Shown here in pieces: positions 8,744 through 20,040 of a DNA stretch of 48,664 bases. Location of the stretch: positions 1 through 48,664 of the forward strand of contig CAZXCJ010000002.1 in NCBI GenBank assembly GCA_964639335.1. Direction: 5' to 3'. The DNA comes from an uncultured Gammaproteobacteria bacterium. Lineage in GTDB: Bacteria > Patescibacteriota > Patescibacteriia > UBA1558 > S5-K13. Each line of letters opens with the position of its first letter. The stretch's first letter is position 1. The position numbers and the translations under genes were made by a program. The notes below the pieces were generated by a model that searched no databases, was not told the DNA's origin, and saw only the letters and a program-made list of their open reading frames with translations.

Positions 8744-9562
8744 ATGATTAAAATAATAATTTTTTTCAATTTTATAATTAATTTATGCTATAATAAAGGT
8801 ATGTTTATCATACTTTTCTTTATTTTAGGCCTTATTTTTGGTAGTTTTATAAACTGCCTTGTTTATCGTTTAAAAGAAGAAAAAACAATAATGGGTCGTT
8901 CTTTTTGTCCTCAATGCGGACATAAATTGGGATTTTGGGATTTAATTCCTTTATTTTCTTTTATATTTTTGAAAAGAAAATGCAGATATTGTCAGAAAAA
9001 AATAGCCACACAGTATTTTTTAGCAGAATTAATCACTGGATTCATTTTCGCCTTAGGCTATTGGTTTTATTTTTTGAGCACATCTGCCAGTTTCAATTTT
9101 TTAGCCCTAGGTTTTTATTTAATTATTTCTGTTTTTTTATTAATTCTTTTTATATATGATTTTAAGTATTATTTAATACCAGATATTATTGTCTGGCCAG
9201 CCATCATTATTGCCCTGGGATTTAATTTATTATTAGGTTGGGAAATTGGTAATTTATTATTGGCTGGACTAATTGGCTTAGTTTTTTTTGGTTTTCAGTA
9301 TTTTATTTCCAAGGGCAAGTGGATAGGCGAGGGAGATATTTTATTAGGTATATTGGTGGGTTTTATAGTGGGTTGGCCCCAAATTTTATTAACTTTATTT
9401 ATTTCGTATATTTTGGGCAGTGTGATTGGAATTATTTTAATACTTTTTAAGAAAAAAAATTGGTCTAGTAAAATTTCCTTTGGTCCATTTTTAGTTTTAG
9501 GAACATGGATAAGTATTTTTTGGGGGGATTGTATTATTAAATGGTATTTTTCATTATACTAA
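8744..9562 (+). CDS. pilD: Type IV prepilin peptidase (A24 family)
   Basis: Zn-finger-like CPQCGH...CRYCQKKI, multiple TM helices and the GEGDILLG aspartyl motif. The true start is probably the ATG at 8801 (MFIILFF...). Confidence 0.85.
   Translation: MIKIIIFFNFIINLCYNKGMFIILFFILGLIFGSFINCLVYRLKEEKTIMGRSFCPQCGHKLGFWDLIPLFSFIFLKRKCRYCQKKIATQYFLAELITGFIFALGYWFYFLSTSASFNFLALGFYLIISVFLLILFIYDFKYYLIPDIIVWPAIIIALGFNLLLGWEIGNLLLAGLIGLVFFGFQYFISKGKWIGEGDILLGILVGFIVGWPQILLTLFISYILGSVIGIILILFKKKNWSSKISFGPFLVLGTWISIFWGDCIIKWYFSLY
8786..8794 (+). promoter_or_regulatory. Extended -10 promoter TGCTATAAT, 6 nt upstream of the ATG at 8801
   Basis: Second copy of the 24-nt block. The spacing implies a leaderless pilD transcript starting at or next to the ATG at 8801. 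Confidence 0.4.
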
Positions 9563-9756
9563 TATACGATGCTAATACCTGCCCGCCACTGGCTTCGCCA
9601 TAGGCGATGGCAGGCGGGTACGAATGTTACTAATGATACTAATATACAATGCTAATATACGAATTACGAATCAGATACTAATCCCGCAATAATTATATTA
9701 TAGATAGAGGTAGGATAATACTAATATTATACAAATTAAATTACATACTAATTATA

Positions 9757-10371
9757 ATGAAAATGCAGATGATTTTAATAAAAGGTAATCTAAATTCGGA
9801 TAATTCGGATAGAAATTCGGGTCATTCGGGCCGATTAAATAGCTTTACTTTAATAGAAATCTTGATTTCAATGGCTATTTTTATTGTTTTATTGCTTTTT
9901 GTCTTGGTTAATTATAATCACGGAGAAAATTCTAATAGTTTCCGTTTACAGGCTTTTGATTTAGAAGATTTAATTTATAGTGTTCAAAATATGGCTTTAA
10001 CTGGTCAAAAAATTGATAATGAAATTCCCGACAACTATGGCATAAATTTTACTTTAGATAATAATACCTATACTATTTTTGGTGATTTGAATGATAATGA
10101 AATTTATGATTCGGGCACCGACTCAATTTATAGTAGTGGCAGCTTGTACAATAATATTGAATTTTCTGAGAATGAAATTACTTGTGAATCTGAGGAGGAT
10201 CCAGATTCCTACGATATTGTTTTTATTCCACCCCAGCCAGAAATGATTATAAACAATAATGAGGATAATAATGAATGCAATTTATCAATTATTAGTAATA
10301 ATGTGGACGGCAGATGGGATATATTTTTTGATGCCATTACCCAAAGAGTTTGGATTAATTTTGAAGAATAA
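9757..10371 (+). CDS. Type IV pilin-like protein (prepilin N-terminal methylation domain)
   Basis: SGRLNSFTLIEILISMAIFIVLL is a class-III signal followed by a hydrophobic helix with Glu at +5. Confidence 0.7.
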   Translation: MKMQMILIKGNLNSDNSDRNSGHSGRLNSFTLIEILISMAIFIVLLLFVLVNYNHGENSNSFRLQAFDLEDLIYSVQNMALTGQKIDNEIPDNYGINFTLDNNTYTIFGDLNDNEIYDSGTDSIYSSGSLYNNIEFSENEITCESEEDPDSYDIVFIPPQPEMIINNNEDNNECNLSIISNNVDGRWDIFFDAITQRVWINFEE

Positions 10372-10373
10372 TT

Positions 10374-11042
10374 ATGTTTTTATTATTTAAAAAAAGAAAT
10401 TATAAGTCCCAGGGCATAATAGAATCCTTAGTGGCCATAACCGTAGTAGTGGTTGGTTTGGTTTCAGTTTTAACTTTAGCAGTTTTTAATTTAAGAGTGC
10501 AGGTTTATAGCCACGATATGTTAATCGCCACTAATTTAGCCAAAGAGGGCATTGAAGTTGTTCGCAGTATTCGGGATACTAATTGGATGAATGGTGACGA
10601 CTGGGATCAGGGTTTGATAACCGAGTATGATAATCCTGTTAGCGAAGAAAGGGGTTTTTTATTTAGAAATGGATCTGTTTGGGAGGGGGAGGATGATGAA
10701 TATTTTATAGAGGATATTGGTTGTTCTTGGGAAGAATGTGTTATTTCTGATGATTTAGCTAGATTATATTTAAAATCTTTAGATGATAAAATTCTATATG
10801 ATCAATCGGGCTTTATGAGTCCTTTAGAATTTGTAGCTACTAAATTTTATCGAGTAGTTTTTGTAAATGAGATATGTTTGGATGATAGTAATCAAGAATA
10901 TATTTTAACAGTTTACAATCAACATTGTGAAGATTTTACTGATGAAAAGATTGGATTTCAAATAAAGTCAAAAGTCGGTTGGTATGATAAAGACATTATG
11001 AGGACCGTAGAGGCAGAAGAATGGATTTATAATTGGAGATAA
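10374..11042 (+). CDS. Divergent pilin/pseudopilin-like protein
   Basis: The N-terminal QGIIESLVAITVVVVGLVSVL helix resembles a degenerate prepilin signal. It sits 2 nt after the preceding pilin gene. Confidence 0.45.
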   Translation: MFLLFKKRNYKSQGIIESLVAITVVVVGLVSVLTLAVFNLRVQVYSHDMLIATNLAKEGIEVVRSIRDTNWMNGDDWDQGLITEYDNPVSEERGFLFRNGSVWEGEDDEYFIEDIGCSWEECVISDDLARLYLKSLDDKILYDQSGFMSPLEFVATKFYRVVFVNEICLDDSNQEYILTVYNQHCEDFTDEKIGFQIKSKVGWYDKDIMRTVEAEEWIYNWR

Positions 11043-11077
11043 GAGATACTAATGATACAAATAATTATAATGCTAGT

Positions 11078-11237
11078 GAATTATTCTCCCCCTCCTCCCC
11101 TTAATAAGGGGAGGTGTCCCGCGGATGCGGGACGGAGGGGTAGGGGAGACACAGCCTGCCTGCGCGTAGCAGAAGCTACGCTTCGGTCGCCGACGTGCCA
11201 AAGCCACTTTGGCGACGGCACGCGAAGGTAGGAGGGG
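11078..11237. repeat. Mosaic GC-rich hairpin island (modules A-B-C)
   Basis: A chain of hairpins: cccctcctcccctt-aataa-ggggagg, cccgcggatgcggg, gcgcgtagcagaagctacgc, and gtcgccgacgtgccaaagccactttggcgacggcac. Modules recur in reverse orientation at 27165-27312 and 38082-38140. Confidence 0.85.
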
Positions 11238-11282
11238 TTATTTGTACGAATGGTACGAATTTAAAACAATTAAATATTAAAA

Positions 11283-11876
11283 ATGGTAGAAATAAGTTTC
11301 AAAAATTGCAATTCGGGTCGATTAAAAGCTTTTACTCTTTTAGAAATGATAATTGCTACGGCATTATTTTTAACGGCCATGACCATGTCTATTGGGATTT
11401 TTATTGCTACCATGAATGCTAATAATAAAATTACCAGAATCCAAGATGTAGAGAATGAGGCCAGATATATTTTAGAAATGATATCTAAAGAGGTGAGGTT
11501 GGGTACAATCAATTATGATTATTATAAAATTATTTATGGAGATACTTTTGAAAATCCCGCATCTATATTATCAATTGTAGATGCTGCTGACGATGTTAGC
11601 TATTTTGCTTTAAATGGAGATGAGAATAGTTCGGGAATAATTCAGCTTAGTTTAGATGGGGGAGATAATTGGAGCAATTTAACTACTGACAGTATTCAAG
11701 TTCAATCTTTGGATTTTTATTTAATACCAGAAACCAATCCTTATGCCGGAGATGCAAGCAATATTAAACAGCCATTAGTATTGGTGTATTTAAGCGCTAA
11801 TTATAATAGAGATGGAGAGATGGATGGAAAAATTGATATTCAAACCGCTATTAGTTCCAGAATATATAAAAAATAG
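11283..11876 (+). CDS. Type IV pilin-like protein
   Basis: NSGRLKAFTLLEMIIATALF prepilin signal. The leader motif is shared with the 9757 gene. Confidence 0.7.
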   Translation: MVEISFKNCNSGRLKAFTLLEMIIATALFLTAMTMSIGIFIATMNANNKITRIQDVENEARYILEMISKEVRLGTINYDYYKIIYGDTFENPASILSIVDAADDVSYFALNGDENSSGIIQLSLDGGDNWSNLTTDSIQVQSLDFYLIPETNPYAGDASNIKQPLVLVYLSANYNRDGEMDGKIDIQTAISSRIYKK

Positions 11877-11879
11877 TTT

Positions 11880-13019
11880 ATGAAAATTTTTAATAAAAAT
11901 CGAGAGGCCTCTACAATTTTAGTATCACTTTTAATTATGTCGGTAGTCCTTTCTAGCGCTCTTTATATCAATGTTATATCTTTACGACAAATGAGGCAGT
12001 CCAATAATATAGACAATTCTATTATGGCTTTTTATGCGGCTGAAAGCGGAAACGAACAGGCGGTTTATTATATTAGAAAAATGGAAGATTTAGATGTGGG
12101 GGAATTAGCAATAGGACATTCTATTAGCGGACCAGATAATTTAGTAGAAAGGGTAGTTACTGATGAATTGCCAAGTATTAATATTGGTTTGAAAAAAAAT
12201 GAATTTTACCAAATAGATATTTTTGATCAAGAAGACCTTGGATCAATAAGTGATTTAAGTACTTTGTCTATAGAATGGGATTCTGACTGCGGTGCGGATT
12301 CTTGGATAGAATTAACTATCAATGAGTGGGAAACAGCAGGAAATGTGGATTGGGGCGTTGGTGAATATCAAGAAGCCCATATTAAAAAATGCCTTTTAAA
12401 CCCACCAGATGAACCAAATACATTTCCAATTATAATAGGCGATGGAAGTGCATGTATTGATTTTAATCCTAATAATGCCTATCAGTTTAGATTTAAGGCC
12501 CTTTATTGTGATGTTAGTAATCTAAATATTGGCGCCAAAAAGGATGATGGTAGCGTTTTACCTTTTAAAAATATTTATAATTCTCTAAGCATTGGAGAAT
12601 ATCCTTTGGATGGAGAAGAAGCCAGTCGGCAGGCCCTCAGAGTTAGTTTGAGAAAATTTAGTCCATTGTCTGGTTTATTTGATTATGTAATTTTTTCAGA
12701 AAAATCTTTAGTTAAAGATATTGAGGCCTATACAGGCGGATGGTTTACAGAAAATTTATTTATTGCTACTAATAATTTGCCCAACGGGGTTATTGGAGAA
12801 AATTATAATTATACAGTAACTGCGGTTAATGGTATTCCGCCTTATATTTGGGATTTATCAGGAACTTATCCATTGGGATTTGATATTGATGAAATTACGG
12901 GCACTTTAAGCGGAAACGTTGGGACTAGTCCAGTAACTTATACCCTTATAATATCGGTAGAAGATTCAGAGCTTAATGTTGATGAAAAAATCTTATTTTT
13001 AGAAGTAGTGGGGGAATGA
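11880..13019 (+). CDS. PilX-like minor pilin / pilus-associated protein with a C-terminal Ig-like (He_PIG / cadherin-like) domain
   Basis: N-terminal hydrophobic STILVSLLIMSVVL. The C-terminus LPNGVIGENYNYTVTAVNGIPPYIWDL...ITGTLSG matches the 'putative Ig' repeat pattern. Confidence 0.5.
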   Translation: MKIFNKNREASTILVSLLIMSVVLSSALYINVISLRQMRQSNNIDNSIMAFYAAESGNEQAVYYIRKMEDLDVGELAIGHSISGPDNLVERVVTDELPSINIGLKKNEFYQIDIFDQEDLGSISDLSTLSIEWDSDCGADSWIELTINEWETAGNVDWGVGEYQEAHIKKCLLNPPDEPNTFPIIIGDGSACIDFNPNNAYQFRFKALYCDVSNLNIGAKKDDGSVLPFKNIYNSLSIGEYPLDGEEASRQALRVSLRKFSPLSGLFDYVIFSEKSLVKDIEAYTGGWFTENLFIATNNLPNGVIGENYNYTVTAVNGIPPYIWDLSGTYPLGFDIDEITGTLSGNVGTSPVTYTLIISVEDSELNVDEKILFLEVVGE

Positions 13020-13025
13020 TTATGA

Positions 13026-15115
<2,090 letters not shown>

Positions 15116-15146
15116 AGAAGATTGGTTTTTATGCTAAAGTTAAAAT

Positions 15147-15449
15147 ATGTTAAAAAAAGATTTATCTTCCGTATCCTTGATGAAGGAAGAAGACATTCAA
15201 AAATTAGCTAAATTATCGCGGATTGAATTAAAATCCAAGGACATTAAAGAATTCAGTAAACAATTGAGCAGTATTTTAGATTATGTTAATAAAATCCAAA
15301 ATTATAAATTTTCCGCAATTAAATCAAACGAAAACCAAAAGATCCCAGATTTAAGAAAAGATGAAATTAAAAAATTTGACGGACAGGGAATTATTAAACA
15401 ATTTAGCGAGCAAGAAAGAAAATTATTAAGAGTTAAAAAGATACTGTAG
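15147..15449 (+). CDS. gatC: Asp/Glu-tRNA amidotransferase subunit C
   Basis: 100 aa; the pattern DIQKLAKLSRIELKSKDIKEFSKQLSSILDYVNKI and its position upstream of gatA. Confidence 0.85.
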   Translation: MLKKDLSSVSLMKEEDIQKLAKLSRIELKSKDIKEFSKQLSSILDYVNKIQNYKFSAIKSNENQKIPDLRKDEIKKFDGQGIIKQFSEQERKLLRVKKIL

Positions 15450-15544
15450 GCATTAGGCGATAGTCGTTAGGCAATAGCCCGCCTTAATTTTTATAAAATT
15501 ATGGCGGGTAGGCGCTATTCCTATTGACTATTGACTAATAACTA

Positions 15545-16984
15545 ATGACTAGATATATGAAAGAATTTACTATCAATAAAATTAAAGAAGATTTGGAAAA
15601 TAAAATTTTCTCCTGCCAAGAACTAGTGCAGAATTTTTTAATTAAAATTGAAAAAGATAAATTAAATGATTTTATAAATTTATTTGCCGAAGAGGCCGTA
15701 GCTCGGGCCAAGAAGATTGATTTAAAAATTAAGGCCGGTAAAAAATTGGAGCAATTAGAAGGTATTCCCATTGCCATTAAAGACAATATTCTAATCAAAG
15801 ATAAAATAAGTACTGGCGCATCTCATATTTTAGAAAATTATATAGCTACCTATGATGCTTATGTAATAGAAAAATTGCAGGATAAGGGAGTTATTTTTTT
15901 AGGAAAAACAAATTTAGATGAATTTGCTATGGGGACTTCTAATGAAACTTCTTATTTTGGTCCAGTTTTAAATCCGCATGATAAAACAAGAGTTCCGGGC
16001 GGTTCTTCTGGTGGTAGTGCGACAGCAGTAGCTAGCCATCATTGTGTTTTTGCTTTGGGAAGTGATACGGGCGGTTCTATTCGTCAGCCGGCTGCCTTTT
16101 GCGGAGTAACTGGATTTAAGCCCAGTTATGGTCGAATATCTAGAAATGGGCTGATGTCTCTAGCGTCTTCCTTAGATCAAATTGGCCCCCTGACTAATTC
16201 CGTGGAAGATGCCCTTGTTGTTTTTAACTCTATTTCTGGAAAGGATCATCATGACATGACAAGTCAAGAATCAAATTTAATTGATTTAAAAAACATAAAA
16301 AAAGATATTAAGCAGAAAATTATTGGAGTACCTAAAGATTATTATGATTTAAGCATTGATCAAGAAATTAGAAATAATTTTCAAAAAACCATAAATCAAT
16401 TAAAAAATGCAAAAGTTAAAGTTAAAGAAGTTGATTTATCTTTTTTGGATGCTGCTTTAGCAGTTTATTATATAATTCAGCCCGCGGAGGCCTCAACTAA
16501 TTTAGCTCGATATGACGGACTGCGTTATGGTTTAAATCAAAATCACGGCAAGGATTTATTAGAGGTTTATCTAAAAAATAGAGGAGAGGGCTTTGGTCAA
16601 GAAGTAAAAAGAAGGATTATGATTGGAACTTATGTTTTGTCCGAGGGTTATCGGGATGCTTATTATAATCAGGCCAAAAAAGTTCAGCAAGATATTAAAT
16701 ATAGATTTAAAAAAATATTTCAAGATGTAGATGCTATTATTTTACCTACCACACCTAGCATGGCATTTAAATTAAAAGAAAAGTTTAACGACCCCCTAAC
16801 CATGTATCTTTCTGATATTTTTACGGTCGCCATTAATATATCCGGTTTGCCAGCCATATCTATTCCCACTGGCCAGAGCAATAATTTACCAATCGGCACT
16901 CAAATTATTGGAGATTTTATGCAGGACGAAAAGGTTTTAAACATTGCTTATAATATGGAGAAGTTAGGCGTTAGTAGATACTAA
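15545..16984 (+). CDS. gatA: Asp/Glu-tRNA amidotransferase subunit A
   Basis: Amidase signature GGSSGGSATAVA, plus IPIAIKDN and GSDTGGSIRQPA. gatB is not adjacent. Confidence 0.95.
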   Translation: MTRYMKEFTINKIKEDLENKIFSCQELVQNFLIKIEKDKLNDFINLFAEEAVARAKKIDLKIKAGKKLEQLEGIPIAIKDNILIKDKISTGASHILENYIATYDAYVIEKLQDKGVIFLGKTNLDEFAMGTSNETSYFGPVLNPHDKTRVPGGSSGGSATAVASHHCVFALGSDTGGSIRQPAAFCGVTGFKPSYGRISRNGLMSLASSLDQIGPLTNSVEDALVVFNSISGKDHHDMTSQESNLIDLKNIKKDIKQKIIGVPKDYYDLSIDQEIRNNFQKTINQLKNAKVKVKEVDLSFLDAALAVYYIIQPAEASTNLARYDGLRYGLNQNHGKDLLEVYLKNRGEGFGQEVKRRIMIGTYVLSEGYRDAYYNQAKKVQQDIKYRFKKIFQDVDAIILPTTPSMAFKLKEKFNDPLTMYLSDIFTVAINISGLPAISIPTGQSNNLPIGTQIIGDFMQDEKVLNIAYNMEKLGVSRY

Positions 16985-17102
16985 AATGTATAATGATGTA
17001 TAATGTATAATGTATTATGTATTATGTATAATGTATAATGATGTATAATGTATTATGAATTATGAATTATGTATAATGTAATAATTTAACAATATAATAT
17101 CT
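16984..17102. repeat. Degenerate tandem repeat (TGTATAA/TGTATTA, period 7-8) filling the gatA-dsbA spacer
   Basis: atgtataatgatgtataatgtataatgtattatgtattatgtataatg... runs up to the ATG at 17103 and contains many overlapping TATAAT boxes. Confidence 0.85.
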
Positions 17103-17840
17103 ATGAATCAAAACAAAAAATTACCTCAAATAAAAAAAAGCAGATGGTATTTTAAATGGTGGGGAGTGGGAATAATACTTTTGGTTCTATTAATTGTTTC
17201 TATAAGTTTTTATTTTTATGACAGAGTGTTATTTTATAAAAAGGCCATAGAATCCGGAGGTATTTTATTAGGTGGTTATTCTGCTTATGAGGGAGGTGTT
17301 ATTCAGGGCTCAGATGAATCCATTACTAGAGAAGATTTAGAATCAGGCCATAATCCTAGCATAGGAGCCGATAATCCAGTTATGACTATGGTATTGTTTT
17401 CTGACTTTAATTGTCCTTACTGCTATGGTTATTATCCAGTTTTACGGCAATTTGTTTTAGAAAATAATGAAAAAACTAAATTGATTTTTAGAGATTTTCC
17501 TTTAGACGATGATAAGGCTTCTTTGGCAGCTAATTGCGCTTTTGCACAGGGAAGATTTTGGCAAATGCATGATAAATTGTTTTCTAACCAATCAGAATTG
17601 GATGACAGCTCTATTTTGAAAATAGCTGAAGAAATTGATTTAGATTTAGACAAATTTAATAATTGTTATCTTCAAGAAGAATTTAAAAATGATATTGGAG
17701 AAGATTTTATATTAGGTGCTCGGGCAGGAGTTAGCGGTACGCCTACTCTTTTTATTAATGGCAGTAAATTTCCTGGAGTAATGAGCAAAAATATTTTGGA
17801 ACAAATTTTAGCGGTTTTAGAAAATGAACCTGAAAATTAA
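17103..17840 (+). CDS. Membrane-anchored DsbA-like thiol:disulfide oxidoreductase
   Basis: N-terminal TM helix and a thioredoxin fold with the CPYC active site. Confidence 0.8.
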   Translation: MNQNKKLPQIKKSRWYFKWWGVGIILLVLLIVSISFYFYDRVLFYKKAIESGGILLGGYSAYEGGVIQGSDESITREDLESGHNPSIGADNPVMTMVLFSDFNCPYCYGYYPVLRQFVLENNEKTKLIFRDFPLDDDKASLAANCAFAQGRFWQMHDKLFSNQSELDDSSILKIAEEIDLDLDKFNNCYLQEEFKNDIGEDFILGARAGVSGTPTLFINGSKFPGVMSKNILEQILAVLENEPEN

Positions 17841-17851
17841 TATTTAAAAAA

Positions 17852-18631
17852 GTGGGAATAAACATTATATTTAATCCAGTATTAGTTGATTTTGGTTTTG
17901 TAAAAATATATTGGTATGGTTTTATAATATCTTTAGGGATTTTGATTTCCCTATTTTTTGTTCATAGGACAGCTAAACAAAAAGGATATAATTTGAAAAA
18001 AATAGAGGATTTGTATTTTTATGTTATAATTTTTGGTTTAATCGGAGCCCGACTTTATGAAGTGTTTTTTTTCAATTGGTCTTATTATCAAAATAATCTA
18101 ATTAATATTTTTAAGGTTTGGGAGGGCGGTCTGGCTATACAAGGTACTATTCTATTTGGTGTACTTACGGTTTATGTGTTTTGTAGAAAGAATAAATTAG
18201 CATTTTGGAGATATACAGATTTATTAGTTTTGGGTTTAATTTTGGGCCAAGCCATAGGAAGATGGGGTAATTTTTTTAATCAAGAGCTTTATGGCAAAAT
18301 TTCAACTTTACCATGGGCTATATATATAGAGAGGACAGGATTTTTTCATCATCCTGTTTTTTTGTATGAGTCAATATTAAATTTAATATTATTCTTTATT
18401 TTAAGACAGGTTTTTAAAAAACAACGAAATTTTGGCTTAACCACTTTATTATATATAGGCGGTTATAGTTTTATCAGGTTTTTGATGGAATTTATTAGAA
18501 TTGATCCTTGTCCAATTGTTTTTGGGGTTAGATTACCGCAATTAGTTAGTTTTATTGTTGTAATTTTTATGATTTTAATTTTATTTTTTAAATTTAAACC
18601 ACATAAATCAAAGCCGTCTATGGGCACCTAA
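17852..18631 (+). CDS. lgt: Prolipoprotein diacylglyceryl transferase
   Basis: Polytopic membrane protein with GARLYEV and the GRWGNFFNQELYG signature. GTG start. Confidence 0.9.
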   Translation: MGINIIFNPVLVDFGFVKIYWYGFIISLGILISLFFVHRTAKQKGYNLKKIEDLYFYVIIFGLIGARLYEVFFFNWSYYQNNLINIFKVWEGGLAIQGTILFGVLTVYVFCRKNKLAFWRYTDLLVLGLILGQAIGRWGNFFNQELYGKISTLPWAIYIERTGFFHHPVFLYESILNLILFFILRQVFKKQRNFGLTTLLYIGGYSFIRFLMEFIRIDPCPIVFGVRLPQLVSFIVVIFMILILFFKFKPHKSKPSMGT

Positions 18632-18780
18632 TTTTTTGTGGATAACTAACTTTACAATTTAAAATTTAAATATTATATTTTAAGCAATGAAAAGCGCAAT
18701 AAAAAATTTAGGTTTTTATAAAGAGCAGAATCATGCGAGTGGTTTTGTTTTAATTTAAACTGCTAAATTGCCAAACTGCT

Positions 18781-19158
18781 ATGAGTAAAAAATATTTAAC
18801 AATAGATGATATTAGTTCTTATAAGATTGCTTATGATTTATCTAATTATGTTTGGAATGTTGTTATTAATTGGAATTATTTTGCCTTAAAAACTATTGGT
18901 AATCAATTTGTAAGATCTATTGATTCTATATCTGCTAATATTGCAGAAGGTTTTGGGAGATATAATAAAAAAGAAAAGATTCATTTTTATCGTTATAGTC
19001 AGGGTTCGATTATTGAATCAAAAGATTGGAATGCAAAAGCAAGGGCAAGGTCTTTATTAAAAGATGAGGAGGATCAATATATCTGTGATAAATTAACTAA
19101 GTTGCCAAAGGAAGTTAATACTTTGATAAAATTTACTAGAGATAAGCTTTCGGAGTAA
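18781..19158 (+). CDS. Four-helix-bundle protein of the 23S rRNA intervening-sequence / Avd family (orphan copy)
   Basis: SIDSISANIAEGFGRYNKKEKIHFYRYSQGSIIES matches the family core (..siaaNIAEG.gR.s.kef..Fl.iA.GS..E). Confidence 0.8.
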   Translation: MSKKYLTIDDISSYKIAYDLSNYVWNVVINWNYFALKTIGNQFVRSIDSISANIAEGFGRYNKKEKIHFYRYSQGSIIESKDWNAKARARSLLKDEEDQYICDKLTKLPKEVNTLIKFTRDKLSE

Positions 19159-19300
19159 ACTGTTAAACTGTTAAACTGCTAAACTGCTAAATTGCCAAAT
19201 TGCCAAATTGCTGAATTTTAACAATATAACCATTTAACCATTTAACAATATAACCATTTAACCATTTAACAATTTAGTAACCATTTAACCATTTAACCAC
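19157..19300. repeat. AT-rich tandem word repeats (AAACTGYT, AAATTGCC, AACCATTTA; period 8-9)
   Basis: The repeats fill the whole spacer between stop 19158 and ATG 19302. The AAACTGCTAAATTGCC flavour also precedes the 18781 gene. Confidence 0.85.
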
Positions 19301-19301
19301 T

Positions 19302-20015
19302 ATGGACAAAAAATTTATAGTATTGATAATCGTAATTTTATTAATCGCCGTCGTATATATAATAGTAGGTGATTTGAAAAAAACAAAAGAAATAGAGGTT
19401 GTAAAAGAAAGCGCTATTGAAGAAGCTGAAGAAGACATTGATTCTACTATCAATTATTTTAATTCCCATTATAATTTTTCTGTAGATGTGCCGATAGGTC
19501 TTAAGTATTGTTTAAATGATTTTTGTGATGATAGTGCTCAAGATAAAGATGTTAATTTTAAAATTACAGCTTATAATTTTTTAGAGTATCAAAATATTGA
19601 GATTACTGAAGAAATTTCAACATATCCATATTTAGAAATAAGACCTCGTAAAAATTTACTTGGTATGTCGGCAATTGATTTTGCTAAGCGTTCTCTTGAT
19701 TTTAACCGAAAATATAGTAAGAATTTTAAGGACACATATTCACAGGAAGAAAAAATTGTATTTGCTGGTGAAGATGCCTATTCATTTATTGCTGAGAAAG
19801 GTTTTGAGGAAAGGGGGGCTTTGGTTGATGACGAGGGGGCAAAGGATTCTCCAAAATTTTATGAAACCGCTGGGGAAGGCACCCTTTTAGAATTACCTCA
19901 TAAGATAATTTATTTGGATCATGATGGCATTATGTATCGAATCATATATCCAATTGAAAATGAAATAGCAGTGGATATTATAGATTCGTTTAAATTTATT
20001 GAACCTACTGAATAA
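19302..20015 (+). CDS. Hypothetical N-terminally anchored protein
   Basis: 237 aa with one N-terminal TM helix and no recognisable motif. Confidence 0.5.
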   Translation: MDKKFIVLIIVILLIAVVYIIVGDLKKTKEIEVVKESAIEEAEEDIDSTINYFNSHYNFSVDVPIGLKYCLNDFCDDSAQDKDVNFKITAYNFLEYQNIEITEEISTYPYLEIRPRKNLLGMSAIDFAKRSLDFNRKYSKNFKDTYSQEEKIVFAGEDAYSFIAEKGFEERGALVDDEGAKDSPKFYETAGEGTLLELPHKIIYLDHDGIMYRIIYPIENEIAVDIIDSFKFIEPTE

Positions 20016-20040
20016 TATAATTATATATTAGTTTTTCAAC

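Noticed and set aside
11195-11512. ORFs 11195-11422 (+) and 11270-11512 (-)
   Set aside because: The first starts inside the repeat island and overlaps the pilin gene out of frame. The second is an antisense shadow of the pilin gene at 11283-11876.
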